Part shown: one piece after another, positions 27,851 through 37,571 of the stretch
Position numbering within the stretch: the first letter of the stretch is position 1
Layout: every line of letters begins with the position of its first letter
Sequence record: QB031382.1
Length of the DNA stretch: 64,000 bases
Reading direction: 5' to 3' (one strand)
From: a phage
Made by a program: the position numbers and the translations under genes
Notes under the pieces: generated by a model
What the model was told of the DNA's origin: nothing
What the model saw: only the letters and a program-made list of their open reading frames with translations
Database searches by the model: none

Positions 27851-29482
27851 ATGCAAACGAATGTCATGGCTTATCATCTTTGTGTAAACTGTCAGGGTGT
27901 AGACTATTCAAGGTGTAAATTATTCAGATGCAAACTATCCAGGCGTAAACAGTCTATGCGGGAACAATCTGCACGTGAACAATGAAACATGAAATAATAA
28001 CAGTCGTTATTGTATCGAAAGTGTATAAGGTGTCAGATTATGGCATATTGTGTGACATTGTGTCAGACAAGTTTTTCTCCTCTTTGTCAAGTGCTGCATG
28101 TAAAATTTACAAACTGGTATGGTAGCATTTTTGCGGCCCTGTTTACATTCAGGAGTGTATGTATAACCCTTGTTGTGTGGGCGTTTAGACGTCTGGACGG
28201 TCAGAAGTCTGCAGGTTAATATCTAATCTATTGGTCGCTAACTATATCCCCACAAATAATAAGAAATGCAATTGTTATATGCGTAAACAGTAACTCATGT
28301 TATCAATCCCTGTATGTATCGCCAGTGGTGCGCATAATGGGTATTATGTTAAATTGCCCGTAATGATAACGATTCTCACAATGATAGGTATTCTCATTCA
28401 CCCGCCCAGGATAGGTTGCAAATGTTGTGCCACTGTGTGAACGGCCTCGCCTATTAATTTGCCTCACTGCCCCGATATTTGAGAATTATTATAAGAATGA
28501 GAAGTATTCCCATTTCGTCCGCCTGGCAGCACTCCTGTAGGACAAGCACAAAATCGTGGCATAACTGTACCTGTTCAGATATTTCTGGCTGACTCTTCAG
28601 GTCTGTGTGGGAAAAGCCAACCTCTCCGGCGGCGGGGAGTGGGTCAATTAAAAAATTTACGTGGTGTATGAAGCGCTCTTCAGGTAAGGCAGGTATTATG
28701 GGATGAATCACTCTTCAGGTGATGATATTTGTAGGTGTGATATTTGCTGGAAAGCCAGATATGACGGGACTCCCGGCGGGGCAGGGGTAGTACAGACAGG
28801 GAAAATGTGGAGAATGTGGTGGGTAAATTGATCAAGCAGGTAGAGTATGGAATATGTTACAGGTATGTTAAATATGGAGGTAAGATATTTGTAAGATTTG
28901 TGTGTAAAATCAAAGACTTAAGTAGTGTTGTGGTATTTTCTATAAATAATTCAAGTTTAATAGGGAATATTTGCCTCTATCCACTTTGTATGGTAACTAT
29001 ATTCTAATTGAATTGGTTTACAAGTGTATATAAAGTATACAAATTAAAGATACAAGAAACCCCCCTCCCCCTTCGGCTACCATTCACCTTTTCCTCTGAC
29101 TGGTACTTAAACACTTATTCAGACTCTTCAGGTTATCACTCATATATCATATGGCAGTGACTGGTGTCCTCCGGCCCCTCTTTCGTCACCCGTCCGCTTC
29201 GCCATGCTAATGCCATAGCTAACTGTTCGGTTGTTCACCCTGTTCACTCAGGTGTATCTCCATACCCCTTCAAACCGAAGAGAACAGAAAACCCGAATTA
29301 CTCGGTAAAAGAAAAGAGAAGAACTTAATTTTATCAGGATAGGCAAGAATGTCAAGGCATGACTGCTCACTAAACAAGCAAACAGTCATGTGTGGGAGGT
29401 AAGTGATTGTGGTGGTAGGAAATTTAGTTGAAAGATGTGTTATAGGTGCTTCCAGCACTTTAGCCTGGCAGCTAATTGTGTG

Positions 29483-29698
29483 TCAGTCCAGCGGTTCATC
29501 CTCTACTTCACTGAAATCAATGTTCAGGGTCTCTTCCCAACCATCGATCTCAGCACAAGAGTGGAGTTCTTTAGGGTTTACTCCCAAAGCCTCAGCAACA
29601 GAGTCTATATTTAACACCTCTGGCAGGTATGATTCATCGAATTCAAGGTAAATCAGGCCACGAGTGTTGTCAGCTCCACCAAATATTTCTATCTTCAT
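29483..29698 (-). CDS. hypothetical acidic protein
   Basis: Tool ORF; last gene of minus-strand block. Confidence 0.4.
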   Translation of the reverse strand: MKIEIFGGADNTRGLIYLEFDESYLPEVLNIDSVAEALGVNPKELHSCAEIDGWEETLNIDFSEVEDEPLD

Positions 29699-29818
29699 AA
29701 AATCTCCTCTGGAAATGAGAGTGTGAACAGGGTTATACGTTCCAATGCGCAGGAATTTATATACGTTTGCCTCTTCAGGCCATGCTTTAGCATGATAAAC
29801 TTATGTGGGCTCGGTGCT

Positions 29819-30121
29819 TCATAGTCTGCCACCTCTGAACTCTTCGTGCTCGGGCAGGATAGAGAACCAGATGTCTAAGATGTCTTCCCACGTCAGGTCA
29901 TCAGCCTCAGGGTCTAAGTTTTCCTCTACGGTCACTTCTTCAGATGTCTCTTCAGATGCATGTGTGTTGGTCATGTTCCACCCGTTAGTATTCCGGCAAC
30001 AGCCGCTATGGACGTAATGATCATCAGGATCACCACTAAAACTTCGGACAATGTTTTCATTGCGTATTCCATATTCTTCAAACGATGTGAGGATACTATC
30101 ACAGGAGCGGTAATGTGTCAA
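29819..30121 (-). CDS. hypothetical protein
   Basis: Tool ORF; start not refined. Confidence 0.35.
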   Translation of the reverse strand: MTHYRSCDSILTSFEEYGIRNENIVRSFSGDPDDHYVHSGCCRNTNGWNMTNTHASEETSEEVTVEENLDPEADDLTWEDILDIWFSILPEHEEFRGGRL

Positions 30122-30333
30122 CAGAAACGCCGCGAGGGTTGGTTAAAATCCGAGCGTATGGTGATTTGGGTCAAAACGGACGTGCGTTCTCGCTACGCTC
30201 GAAATAGAGAGTTGTTTACAGGCCGCCCTTAAACGCTCTGTAATAAGATTATCCATCTAAGGTATGCAATCGTGCACCAGATAAAGAAAAGGACGCCACA
30301 GAGCGTCCTAGGTGCCTTAAATTTGATATTTTG

Positions 30334-30645
30334 CTATACCCATGAGGGCTTGTCCAGGTTGGAGTAACTGAAAGGGGTCAAAAGGTGACTGTCAAAATCT
30401 TTCAAACTGTCCAGATCTTTTTCCTCGTCCTGACACCATCTGTGTCTACATTTATTGTTGTAGTGCATGGAATGCATAGCGTTCTGCAACTTAATAGGCA
30501 CAAGTGATTCAGGAGTAGATAGAATTGTTGGGTATGCCAGAACTATCTCAAACAATGGAAACACATCGAAACTAAAGTCTACCTCTGCAGAGGTTGATGG
30601 CATATAGGAGTATTTAGCCGCCCTTGTAGACATAATCCACCTCAC
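30334..30645 (-). CDS. hypothetical protein
   Basis: Tool ORF abutting upstream ORF. Confidence 0.4.
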   Translation of the reverse strand: MRWIMSTRAAKYSYMPSTSAEVDFSFDVFPLFEIVLAYPTILSTPESLVPIKLQNAMHSMHYNNKCRHRWCQDEEKDLDSLKDFDSHLLTPFSYSNLDKPSWV

Positions 30646-30872
30646 ACAGGTTTGATAATACCTTTACCGAATAACTCTTCGTATCTAATCTTATCCGGAT
30701 CCCACTCCTGGATAATTTCGAAGACAATATCTAACCCAGGGATAATCACTTCTCCAGTATCAAGTTTGGCAAGAACAAAACCAGAAGGCTGAATGGTTTC
30801 CCAGTTGCGACGATTGGAATAGAAGACCTCAAAAATATCACCGACCTCGATCTGTTGATCAAGATGGTTCAA
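30642..30872 (-). CDS. hypothetical protein
   Basis: Tool ORF. Confidence 0.45.
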   Translation of the reverse strand: MNHLDQQIEVGDIFEVFYSNRRNWETIQPSGFVLAKLDTGEVIIPGLDIVFEIIQEWDPDKIRYEELFGKGIIKPV

Positions 30873-31024
30873 GATTCTCTTTCATACGGACGCAGCGGAT
30901 TTTTCGTGCAGGCCATAGACCACCTGCATCACGTTCATTCAACTCTTTTACAGTGATCGGTATACCCATCTCAAATCTCCTTCATAGATAGTAAAAAGAG
31001 GGGCCCAAGCCCCTCTCTTTGTCA

Positions 31025-31330
31025 TTATTCTACAGAGCGTTTGAACAGAATGTCTGCTTCAGACATGTGCTCAACCTCTTCTTCGATTTTAGCTCGACGT
31101 TTTTCAGCTTCGTAGCGGATATCGAACTCGGTAGCCACCAGAGATTTGATGAATTTAGGAGAATACAGATGATCCTGCTTCTCAACAAGAATGATATCTT
31201 TGATAGCATCTTTCAGATCTTTGATCTGAAGCTGGAGTTCCACCAGTTCTTCGATTGTTTTGCGAAGGCGATCACGTTCTGCAGTGTCAGAAGGAAGAGA
31301 GGTGAACAGTTCAACTTTAGATTTAGCCAT
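31025..31330 (-). CDS. hypothetical coiled-coil protein
   Basis: Tool ORF; terminator-like hairpin downstream near 30975-31000. Confidence 0.5.
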   Translation of the reverse strand: MAKSKVELFTSLPSDTAERDRLRKTIEELVELQLQIKDLKDAIKDIILVEKQDHLYSPKFIKSLVATEFDIRYEAEKRRAKIEEEVEHMSEADILFKRSVE

Positions 31331-31358
31331 AGTAAAAGTCTCCTTATGTTGTTTTAAA

Positions 31359-31610
31359 TTAACGTTCTACAAAAATACCGTTCAGTTCAATAACCAGGAA
31401 TTTCTGGTCTTCACTATCGTCTCGTGCCAGAACCTCACAGACGTATCGGTCATCCCCATCATCATCGCAGTCAAATACAAGACTGAGGACTTTATCATGG
31501 TAAACCTTCGCCACTACCGCCTCGTAAGTATTGCCGATTGTGAATCCAAGATAATCTCCGATGCATTTGACAACAACATGGTCGCCAGCATTTAAGTCAA
31601 TCTTCGTCAT
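31359..31610 (-). CDS. hypothetical protein
   Basis: Start moved to ATG (MTKIDLN) after SD AAGGAG. Confidence 0.45.
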   Translation of the reverse strand: MTKIDLNAGDHVVVKCIGDYLGFTIGNTYEAVVAKVYHDKVLSLVFDCDDDGDDRYVCEVLARDDSEDQKFLVIELNGIFVER

Positions 31611-31765
31611 TACTGTGCTCCTTGGGTGATAATATGGTATGTAAAACTTTAACCAGAGATGTGAATAACGCCCCAAAACACACAGATAGCGCTAAAACGG
31701 ATAAGGCCATCATTAAAGCTTCAGTAAAATCAGTCATTCCTCACCTCTTGTTAGTAACTATACTA

Positions 31766-31966
31766 TCATTTATCTTCGCCGTCAAGAACTTTTTTAAATC
31801 TCTCAGGAATATCTCCTGTTCTTAGATAGCTCATGACCTCCCAAGGTTTCCACTTGAACTTCTTGCACAGTAAGGCAGCCGAGATCGTCTCGTTGCGAAA
31901 AGAAAGGATATTAATATCCCACTCTGAGAACCCCAATTTCCGAAGAGTGGCTATAGAAATCCTCAC
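31766..31966 (-). CDS. hypothetical protein
   Basis: Tool ORF. Confidence 0.4.
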   Translation of the reverse strand: MRISIATLRKLGFSEWDINILSFRNETISAALLCKKFKWKPWEVMSYLRTGDIPERFKKVLDGEDK

Positions 31967-32118
31967 AGCAACCTAACAAGAGAGGCACGCAACAAACGCC
32001 ACTGCCACAACCCACATCAGGATGTTCATACAGCCCCCTTAATGAAATACAAGACATAGTGCCAAGGTCACTATCCAGCAAATAATTAACAGTGCCGTTG
32101 CAACCTTGGCAAGATTTA

Positions 32119-32406
32119 TCATAGCGTCTCTAAAATTTCATACCCTTCGGGTCGGAAAACAAGCCACTCAGGTGCTCCATTTGGTCGATACGCTTTATAC
32201 AGAACAACCTGATCTCGGCACATACACATTGCTACATAGTTTTCATCCACACCTGCAGCCTGCATTGCATCTTCTTCTCCGGCAACCGCTTTGCTTACAA
32301 CTTCCTTGGTAGGCAGGTGGGCGATCAGCTCGTCACCATCGTTAATTCCAAAATGGCTGAGTTCTCCATTGGTATCTTTAATCTTGATCTTAACCAAATC
32401 TTTCAT
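32119..32406 (-). CDS. hypothetical small acidic protein
   Basis: Translationally coupled array 33343 to 32119. Confidence 0.5.
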   Translation of the reverse strand: MKDLVKIKIKDTNGELSHFGINDGDELIAHLPTKEVVSKAVAGEEDAMQAAGVDENYVAMCMCRDQVVLYKAYRPNGAPEWLVFRPEGYEILETL

Positions 32407-32735
32407 TAGTCTTCCCCCAAGTTCAAAGGTCCTAAGATTTCATATGCCAGATTAGAAGTTACCAGGGGATCTTCTGCATCTTTAGTATTATACCACCCGT
32501 GAATAACCAGAGTCCCACTTTGCTTCATGTCTAACTGAAACTGTTCTGCCGTTTCCTCATCCATCTCCAAGATCTCCATGAGGTATTTGATGTTAGGAAG
32601 GTATGCAGCTGTTACAGTCCCCTCTACCAGGCCTTCAGGCCAACCTACATCCGGATGACAAGTAGGGACCAGAGAGGTCAGCTTGATAGTGTATGCTTTT
32701 TCTGCACGAGCCTTCAGTAACGGATCAATTTTCAT
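32406..32735 (-). CDS. hypothetical protein
   Basis: Overlapping start/stop with neighbours. Confidence 0.5.
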   Translation of the reverse strand: MKIDPLLKARAEKAYTIKLTSLVPTCHPDVGWPEGLVEGTVTAAYLPNIKYLMEILEMDEETAEQFQLDMKQSGTLVIHGWYNTKDAEDPLVTSNLAYEILGPLNLGED

Positions 32736-33085
32736 TATTCTTCCTCCTCTTCGGTGCCTGCTTCCAGTAGTAAGTTAAGAACATCTTCAGCAGAAGGTTC
32801 GTAGAACTCCTGGCCTTCGTTGTCGATGATACGATAGTCATCACCACGAATAATCAGAGGATCGTTATCAAAACCTTCAAGACCTTTAACAACGACAACA
32901 CGGTCGATTGCCATCATTGTAAGAACTTTATCAACATCTTCCTCTGCCACACCATACTGCAGTAGGATGTCTTTGGTAGGAGGAACAGCATCAACCACAA
33001 CACCGTTACCAAAACCTTCCGGAAGTTTAGCTAAAATATCTTCCGGAACCGCATTCATATCAAAACCTGTGATCTCTACTTTCAT
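32735..33085 (-). CDS. hypothetical acidic protein
   Basis: Overlapping start/stop with neighbours; poly-Glu C-terminus. Confidence 0.5.
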   Translation of the reverse strand: MKVEITGFDMNAVPEDILAKLPEGFGNGVVVDAVPPTKDILLQYGVAEEDVDKVLTMMAIDRVVVVKGLEGFDNDPLIIRGDDYRIIDNEGQEFYEPSAEDVLNLLLEAGTEEEEE

Positions 33086-33343
33086 TTACAGCACCTCTTC
33101 GTCAACTACTTCATAAAAATGGCTTGGGATTGCAATAGCGTTCTCACCTTCACCTACAAACACGGTCCCGTCAAGGATCAACATCATAAGAATGTCTGTA
33201 ATATCCTCTTCCGGAACGTTGCCAAAACCTTTAATCAACTTATAGGTCGGGATATTCGCCTCTAAGATGTCGCCATCTTTAGAGCGGAAATCAACACCGT
33301 CCTGAATCTCTGCCGTTTCAAGGTTTTTCAATTTAATCTTCAT
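33086..33343 (-). CDS. hypothetical small acidic protein
   Basis: Tool ORF; N-terminus MKIKL shared with 34511-34780. Confidence 0.5.
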   Translation of the reverse strand: MKIKLKNLETAEIQDGVDFRSKDGDILEANIPTYKLIKGFGNVPEEDITDILMMLILDGTVFVGEGENAIAIPSHFYEVVDEEVL

Positions 33344-33422
33344 TAATCAGTCTCCTGCCTTGTTAAGATGAAGGTATTATTGCACACAGGGTTGGTGTTG
33401 TCAACACCTGTGTGGCATAAAA

Positions 33423-33818
33423 TTACTGAAACAGTGCAGATAAATTACCTTCTGGTGGAAACTTATCTGCCAAGAACGGAGTCAGAACAGTGGCCTTCTG
33501 AAGATCTGGAGTCCACTCGTTGTTCAGAACATCCCAGTAGTACGCAATGTTGCTGTGTGGGTGCCGCATTACGAACTTTTTCCCTTCGTAGTCAGTTGAA
33601 ACCTCTACAGAAGAAATAACAACAGAATCTTCAAGAGTTTCTTCATAGAAAGATCCACCCTCGAATTTCCAACGAGATGCAAGAGCTCCTGCCTTAAACG
33701 CTGCAGATAACGGACTGTCGGCAAGAACATACATTTCTTGCACTCTGTCGCTGCGATCTTTGCTTCTTACGTTGTATACAGTATCTGAGCTATACTCAAC
33801 ACGGTATAGACTTACCAT
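33423..33818 (-). CDS. hypothetical protein, paralogue of 35628-36038
   Basis: Shared motif HPxS..YW....WTP. Confidence 0.5.
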   Translation of the reverse strand: MVSLYRVEYSSDTVYNVRSKDRSDRVQEMYVLADSPLSAAFKAGALASRWKFEGGSFYEETLEDSVVISSVEVSTDYEGKKFVMRHPHSNIAYYWDVLNNEWTPDLQKATVLTPFLADKFPPEGNLSALFQ

Positions 33819-34150
33819 TACCGCACCTCCTCAATAACTTCCACATCTGAACCTACCACAAATGCAAAAGGACAGGTTTCATGAAAGACATCCGGATCGC
33901 CGCCAAGCTTGCTAACTATTTCTCCACCACTGATAAACACAAGCTCACCAATATTCATCAGATTGCTGAAATAGTATCCATAATGGTTAAAGAATGCAGC
34001 AGGGTCAGGTAGACTGGTGGCCTCAAGCTCTACATCGGTTGAGATTACTTTCTTATCATACCCTCTGGCCTTTTGAGATGCAAGATCTGCAGAATCCTCA
34101 GGCGACCGAAGATGCACAGGAATTGTTTCACCAATAAAGCGTACTTTCAT
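33818..34150 (-). CDS. hypothetical protein (GxDLxAAGA family)
   Basis: Start moved to ATG (MKVRFIG); family motif present. Confidence 0.45.
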   Translation of the reverse strand: MKVRFIGETIPVHLRSPEDSADLASQKARGYDKKVISTDVELEATSLPDPAAFFNHYGYYFSNLMNIGELVFISGGEIVSKLGGDPDVFHETCPFAFVVGSDVEVIEEVR

Positions 34151-34154
34151 ATTA

Positions 34155-34418
34155 TCACCCAACAACCATAGCTTCAAAAGGGGTCATAAACGAATAAACA
34201 GCATCATCATCTGCTTCAGGAAATGCCCCCAAAGCCTTCATGTCTGAGCCTTTAACAAATACAAGGTTTTGATCAAAAGCTTCTTGTGGATCAATCCGGT
34301 ACATATTTCGTAGGGTATCACTTACCTCATCATCAAGAGGCGAGTATGCTGTGCACGTTTTTCCAATCAAGCTTTGAGAATCAGGGTATCCACCTGAAGT
34401 TTTAAAATAAACAATCAT
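34155..34418 (-). CDS. hypothetical protein (GxDLxAAGA family)
   Basis: Motif FVKGSDMKALGA. Confidence 0.5.
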   Translation of the reverse strand: MIVYFKTSGGYPDSQSLIGKTCTAYSPLDDEVSDTLRNMYRIDPQEAFDQNLVFVKGSDMKALGAFPEADDDAVYSFMTPFEAMVVG

Positions 34419-34510
34419 ATAGTCTCACCTCTGGTAAGAGATGGGGATTCCTTTCCCACAAATAGTTACAAACCTTTCTTGTCGAGGAAAGTATGCTAAC
34501 CCAAGCAGGA

Positions 34511-34780
34511 TTACTCTTCTACAACCTCATACACATCCGGAGTTACAATCAACTCTTCTCCGTTACCCGGTGCAACAAACACCACCAGACCTTCAGGTGT
34601 GTGCTTTTTAGCCATTTCGATGACATCTTCTCGCAGAGCTGGCTCCATCAGATCAAAACCTTCACCCAGGGCATCACGAACCACCTTCATGTAGTCCACT
34701 GGTTGTGCTTCAACGATCATGCCTTCAACCAGTCCACAGTTTTTGTCTGCCAGCTCAGTTTGGAATAATTTAATTTTCAT
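34511..34780 (-). CDS. hypothetical small acidic protein
   Basis: Tool ORF. Confidence 0.5.
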   Translation of the reverse strand: MKIKLFQTELADKNCGLVEGMIVEAQPVDYMKVVRDALGEGFDLMEPALREDVIEMAKKHTPEGLVVFVAPGNGEELIVTPDVYEVVEE

Positions 34781-34806
34781 TTAGAGGTCTCCTCAATTAT
34801 TTGATA

Positions 34807-34908
34807 TTAATAGCCGTAACCTAACACATTAACTACAACTGCGATTGCAAACATAATTTCAAAGCATGCAATCTCTACATTTGGGACTAATTTCTTAATC
34901 ATGCCCAT
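34807..34908 (-). CDS. small hydrophobic peptide (33 aa)
   Basis: Hand-translated MGMIKKLVPNVEIACFEIMFAIAVVVNVLGYGY; SD GAGGTG upstream. Confidence 0.35.
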   Translation of the reverse strand: MGMIKKLVPNVEIACFEIMFAIAVVVNVLGYGY

Positions 34909-34923
34909 TGTAGCACCTCAATC

Positions 34924-35235
34924 TCAAAAGTCAATCTTTACTTTACCTTTTCCCTTACCTTTCTTTCCACCACATTTAGCCAACTGGCGTGCTGCAACAT
35001 CTACCATACGGTCAGTTGCCTCGTAAGCATCACTACCTTTAGCTTTGGCAATGACTTCTTTTCCAGAATTGTCAAAAATGAAAGCCATAACTTCCTGGTG
35101 ATCATTTTCAACTTTTACACTCACACGTGCATAGTTGGCAGAGGGGTGCAAACGCTCCAGCTTAGACATTTTGTGGGAAATGAAAGACACCATACCTTCA
35201 GTGATTTCTACGTTGCCAGTGATTTCAATTTGCAT
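34924..35235 (-). CDS. hpf: ribosome hibernation promoting factor / RaiA family homologue
   Basis: MQIEITGNVEITEGM...KLERL...VSVKVEN...KAKGSDAYEATDRMVDVAARQLAK aligns along its length with remembered E. coli HPF/YfiA; SD GGAG upstream. Confidence 0.7.
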   Translation of the reverse strand: MQIEITGNVEITEGMVSFISHKMSKLERLHPSANYARVSVKVENDHQEVMAFIFDNSGKEVIAKAKGSDAYEATDRMVDVAARQLAKCGGKKGKGKGKVKIDF

Positions 35236-35319
35236 AACGTGCTCCTTTTAAGGAAGAGAGAATAACAACCATCTCTTGAAAACAATAATACTATAGCTGA
35301 AGCGTTGTGTCAACAGTTT

Positions 35320-35610
35320 TTACAGCTTATTATCGATAGTATCTAAAATATCTACAGCAAGATCTGCCATTTTTCGAACATACTCTGCAAACTCAACAGG
35401 ATCCTTGATCAAAGAATTCACAGGGTCGTACCCTAGAGCGTTCAAAATGGCTGCAGCATCTACAACCTTCTCATCATTTGCGAAGATCTCACCGTCAAAC
35501 TTGTAGGTCCATTTTGAGTCAATCTTGGCATGGCAGGATTGGTCCATGCTTATTACACCATCTTTTTTAAACGATTCGGTGTTATCAGTGTCCAAAACTA
35601 AATCCATCAT
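35320..35610 (-). CDS. hypothetical protein
   Basis: Tool ORF. Confidence 0.5.
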   Translation of the reverse strand: MMDLVLDTDNTESFKKDGVISMDQSCHAKIDSKWTYKFDGEIFANDEKVVDAAAILNALGYDPVNSLIKDPVEFAEYVRKMADLAVDILDTIDNKL

Positions 35611-35627
35611 GTAAGTACCCCACTATT

Positions 35628-36038
35628 TCAGCTTATCTTTTCTTCAACAACCCCATAGCTTGGGGCAGAGTCAAGAGCTTTCTGGTTTAAAAGTGGTGTA
35701 GCAGAATCTGCAAACGGTGTCCAGGTTTTTGTTCTGGCATTCCAGTAATGCTTCACTCTAGAATCAGGATGCACTATAATAAAAACTTTTTCACTTGTCA
35801 ACACGTTAATTTCTTCCACACCCTTGCTGACAATTTCTCCGTCATAGCCTCCAGTCTGGTATCCTTCGTACCAGGTTCTTGCATAGGCATATCCAGCCTG
35901 CCAGCATGCAGCCTCTTCAGAGGTGGAGACTACGTAGAAGTCTTTCTCAAACTCTGGGATACGCCCTTGCTTTACGCTCCAAGCTCCGCGAATTTTCATT
36001 GTAACTTTAAACAGTTTATTTTTCACAACAGTCCCCAA
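35628..36038 (-). CDS. hypothetical protein, paralogue of 33423-33818
   Basis: Shared motif HPDSRVKHYWNARTKTWTP. Confidence 0.5.
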   Translation of the reverse strand: MGTVVKNKLFKVTMKIRGAWSVKQGRIPEFEKDFYVVSTSEEAACWQAGYAYARTWYEGYQTGGYDGEIVSKGVEEINVLTSEKVFIIVHPDSRVKHYWNARTKTWTPFADSATPLLNQKALDSAPSYGVVEEKIS

Positions 36039-36293
36039 TCACGGCTCTAAAATATCTGCATCTGACCCTACCCCAAAGGCATAATACGAGTCCTCTCCGA
36101 AATAATATTCCGGAGCACCAGCCGCGATCAGGTCTGATCCCAAAATGAACACCACATTGTGGCCTACATAGCTGTGATTTTGCCGCACAGGATCATCCCA
36201 CGGCAACCCTTCGAAGTATACAGCAGGTACTACCTTTCCCTTCAGGAATGATTGTCCCAAGTAGACGTTAGAGTCAAGAATTTTAACCTTCAT
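36039..36293 (-). CDS. hypothetical protein (GxDLxAAGA family)
   Basis: MKVKILDSN...GSDLIAAGA; coupled to neighbours. Confidence 0.5.
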   Translation of the reverse strand: MKVKILDSNVYLGQSFLKGKVVPAVYFEGLPWDDPVRQNHSYVGHNVVFILGSDLIAAGAPEYYFGEDSYYAFGVGSDADILEP

Positions 36294-36507
36294 AATCGTC
36301 CTCCACTATCTCCACATCCTCCCCTAGGGCAAAGTTGTAGGCCCACTGACTGTCAAAGCATTCCTGAGACGCGCCAGCGGCAATAAGATCTGCCCCTTTT
36401 ATTTTTAAAAGGTCAGGATAATCTTCGTTAGGGATAGCGGTAAACACTTTTCCAACTAAAGGCTCTTGACCAATATAGAAGTTTGAATCTAAAACTTTCA
36501 CTTTCAT
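36283..36507 (-). CDS. hypothetical protein (GxDLxAAGA family)
   Basis: MKVKVLDSN...KGADLIAAGA; start overlaps upstream stop. Confidence 0.5.
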   Translation of the reverse strand: MKVKVLDSNFYIGQEPLVGKVFTAIPNEDYPDLLKIKGADLIAAGASQECFDSQWAYNFALGEDVEIVEDDYEG

Positions 36508-36791
36508 CAGCGGTCTCCATCGGGCGGTTGTGGAACGTAAACACTGTTACGAATCTCGTCAGCAGTGTAGTAACAAGTTTTCCCCTCTCTGTCTCTGGCA
36601 GCAATGTATTCAGCTATACCAATAAGTGCCATAGACTTGGTAGCGTATCTCTTAAGCTCGTTAGCTCCCCAGCAAAATCTCTGCCAAAACGGTATGAAAC
36701 CGAATAGGTACACTTTCTGTTTTACTATCCAATAAGTGCCTTTACAGATCACTTTAAACTCTGCAGCACTGTTGCTGACACCATTGCTCAT
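36507..36791 (-). CDS. hypothetical protein
   Basis: Tool ORF. Confidence 0.45.
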   Translation of the reverse strand: MSNGVSNSAAEFKVICKGTYWIVKQKVYLFGFIPFWQRFCWGANELKRYATKSMALIGIAEYIAARDREGKTCYYTADEIRNSVYVPQPPDGDR

Positions 36792-36803
36792 TATCTTCTC
36801 CTT

Positions 36804-37088
36804 TTATTTTTCTGGGTTTGGTAGATATTGCACATTGGCAGGAGGAACACCGGATAGCTCCCAAACAACCATAGTGCTGTACCCTGGCACACTTCTAACA
36901 TTTAAAAGAGTAGGAGCACCAACACATTTAAACTTCCTTTTCCCAAATCCGTTCTCCATCATAACCCAGTATCCTGTATCCTGATCACCTGGAATTTGTG
37001 TTCCATCATCGTCCACCCAGCGGACGGTCCATTTCGATACAGCAACGGCTCGGTATTTAAACTTTTTAAACCACTCAAACAGTTTCAT
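36804..37088 (-). CDS. hypothetical protein
   Basis: Tool ORF. Confidence 0.45.
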   Translation of the reverse strand: MKLFEWFKKFKYRAVAVSKWTVRWVDDDGTQIPGDQDTGYWVMMENGFGKRKFKCVGAPTLLNVRSVPGYSTMVVWELSGVPPANVQYLPNPEK

Positions 37089-37172
37089 AATTAGCCATAA
37101 TAACTATAAACAGACAAATAATGAATCCGAATGCCACGCCACCCATAAACGTTAATATTGATGCGACCATAA

Positions 37173-37358
37173 TCAATCATCCTCGTTTGGCAGCTCTTCC
37201 ATTTTGACATACCGGAAAGTGTTGCCGTAATAGTTGATCCATGACATCAGCTCGCTTTCTTGCTCTTCCTCTGGGATTGACTCTCGGATGCTGACAAGTT
37301 TTAAGAAAATCCAATCACAATCTGCACCCATCCTACCAGACAGGCAATAGTGCTTCAT
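37173..37358 (-). CDS. hypothetical protein
   Basis: Tool ORF. Confidence 0.4.
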   Translation of the reverse strand: MKHYCLSGRMGADCDWIFLKLVSIRESIPEEEQESELMSWINYYGNTFRYVKMEELPNEDD

Positions 37359-37376
37359 AGAACCCTCCCGACTGGT

Positions 37377-37571
37377 TTAGAATATTGCTTCTTCCATTGC
37401 ACCTGAGAGCAACAAAGAGGTAATATGGCTAACATTCATCTCAGACTCTACTTCCTCCCCTTTGAAAGGTTCGCGGCAGAATAGGACTGTTTCAGGACTT
37501 TTACTTCGAACAATATAATACAAATCATTCAAAGTGTTGTAGTAATAAGTGTTAAAACGTAAGTTTTTCAT
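37377..37571 (-). CDS. hypothetical protein
   Basis: Tool ORF overlapping upstream gene end. Confidence 0.4.
   Translation of the reverse strand: MKNLRFNTYYYNTLNDLYYIVRSKSPETVLFCREPFKGEEVESEMNVSHITSLLLSGAMEEAIF

Noticed and set aside
27755-28219. ORFs 27755-27985 and 28010-28219 in the inter-block region
   Set aside because: They fall within tandem repeats and palindromes, have no SD, and are Cys/Leu-rich low-complexity translations
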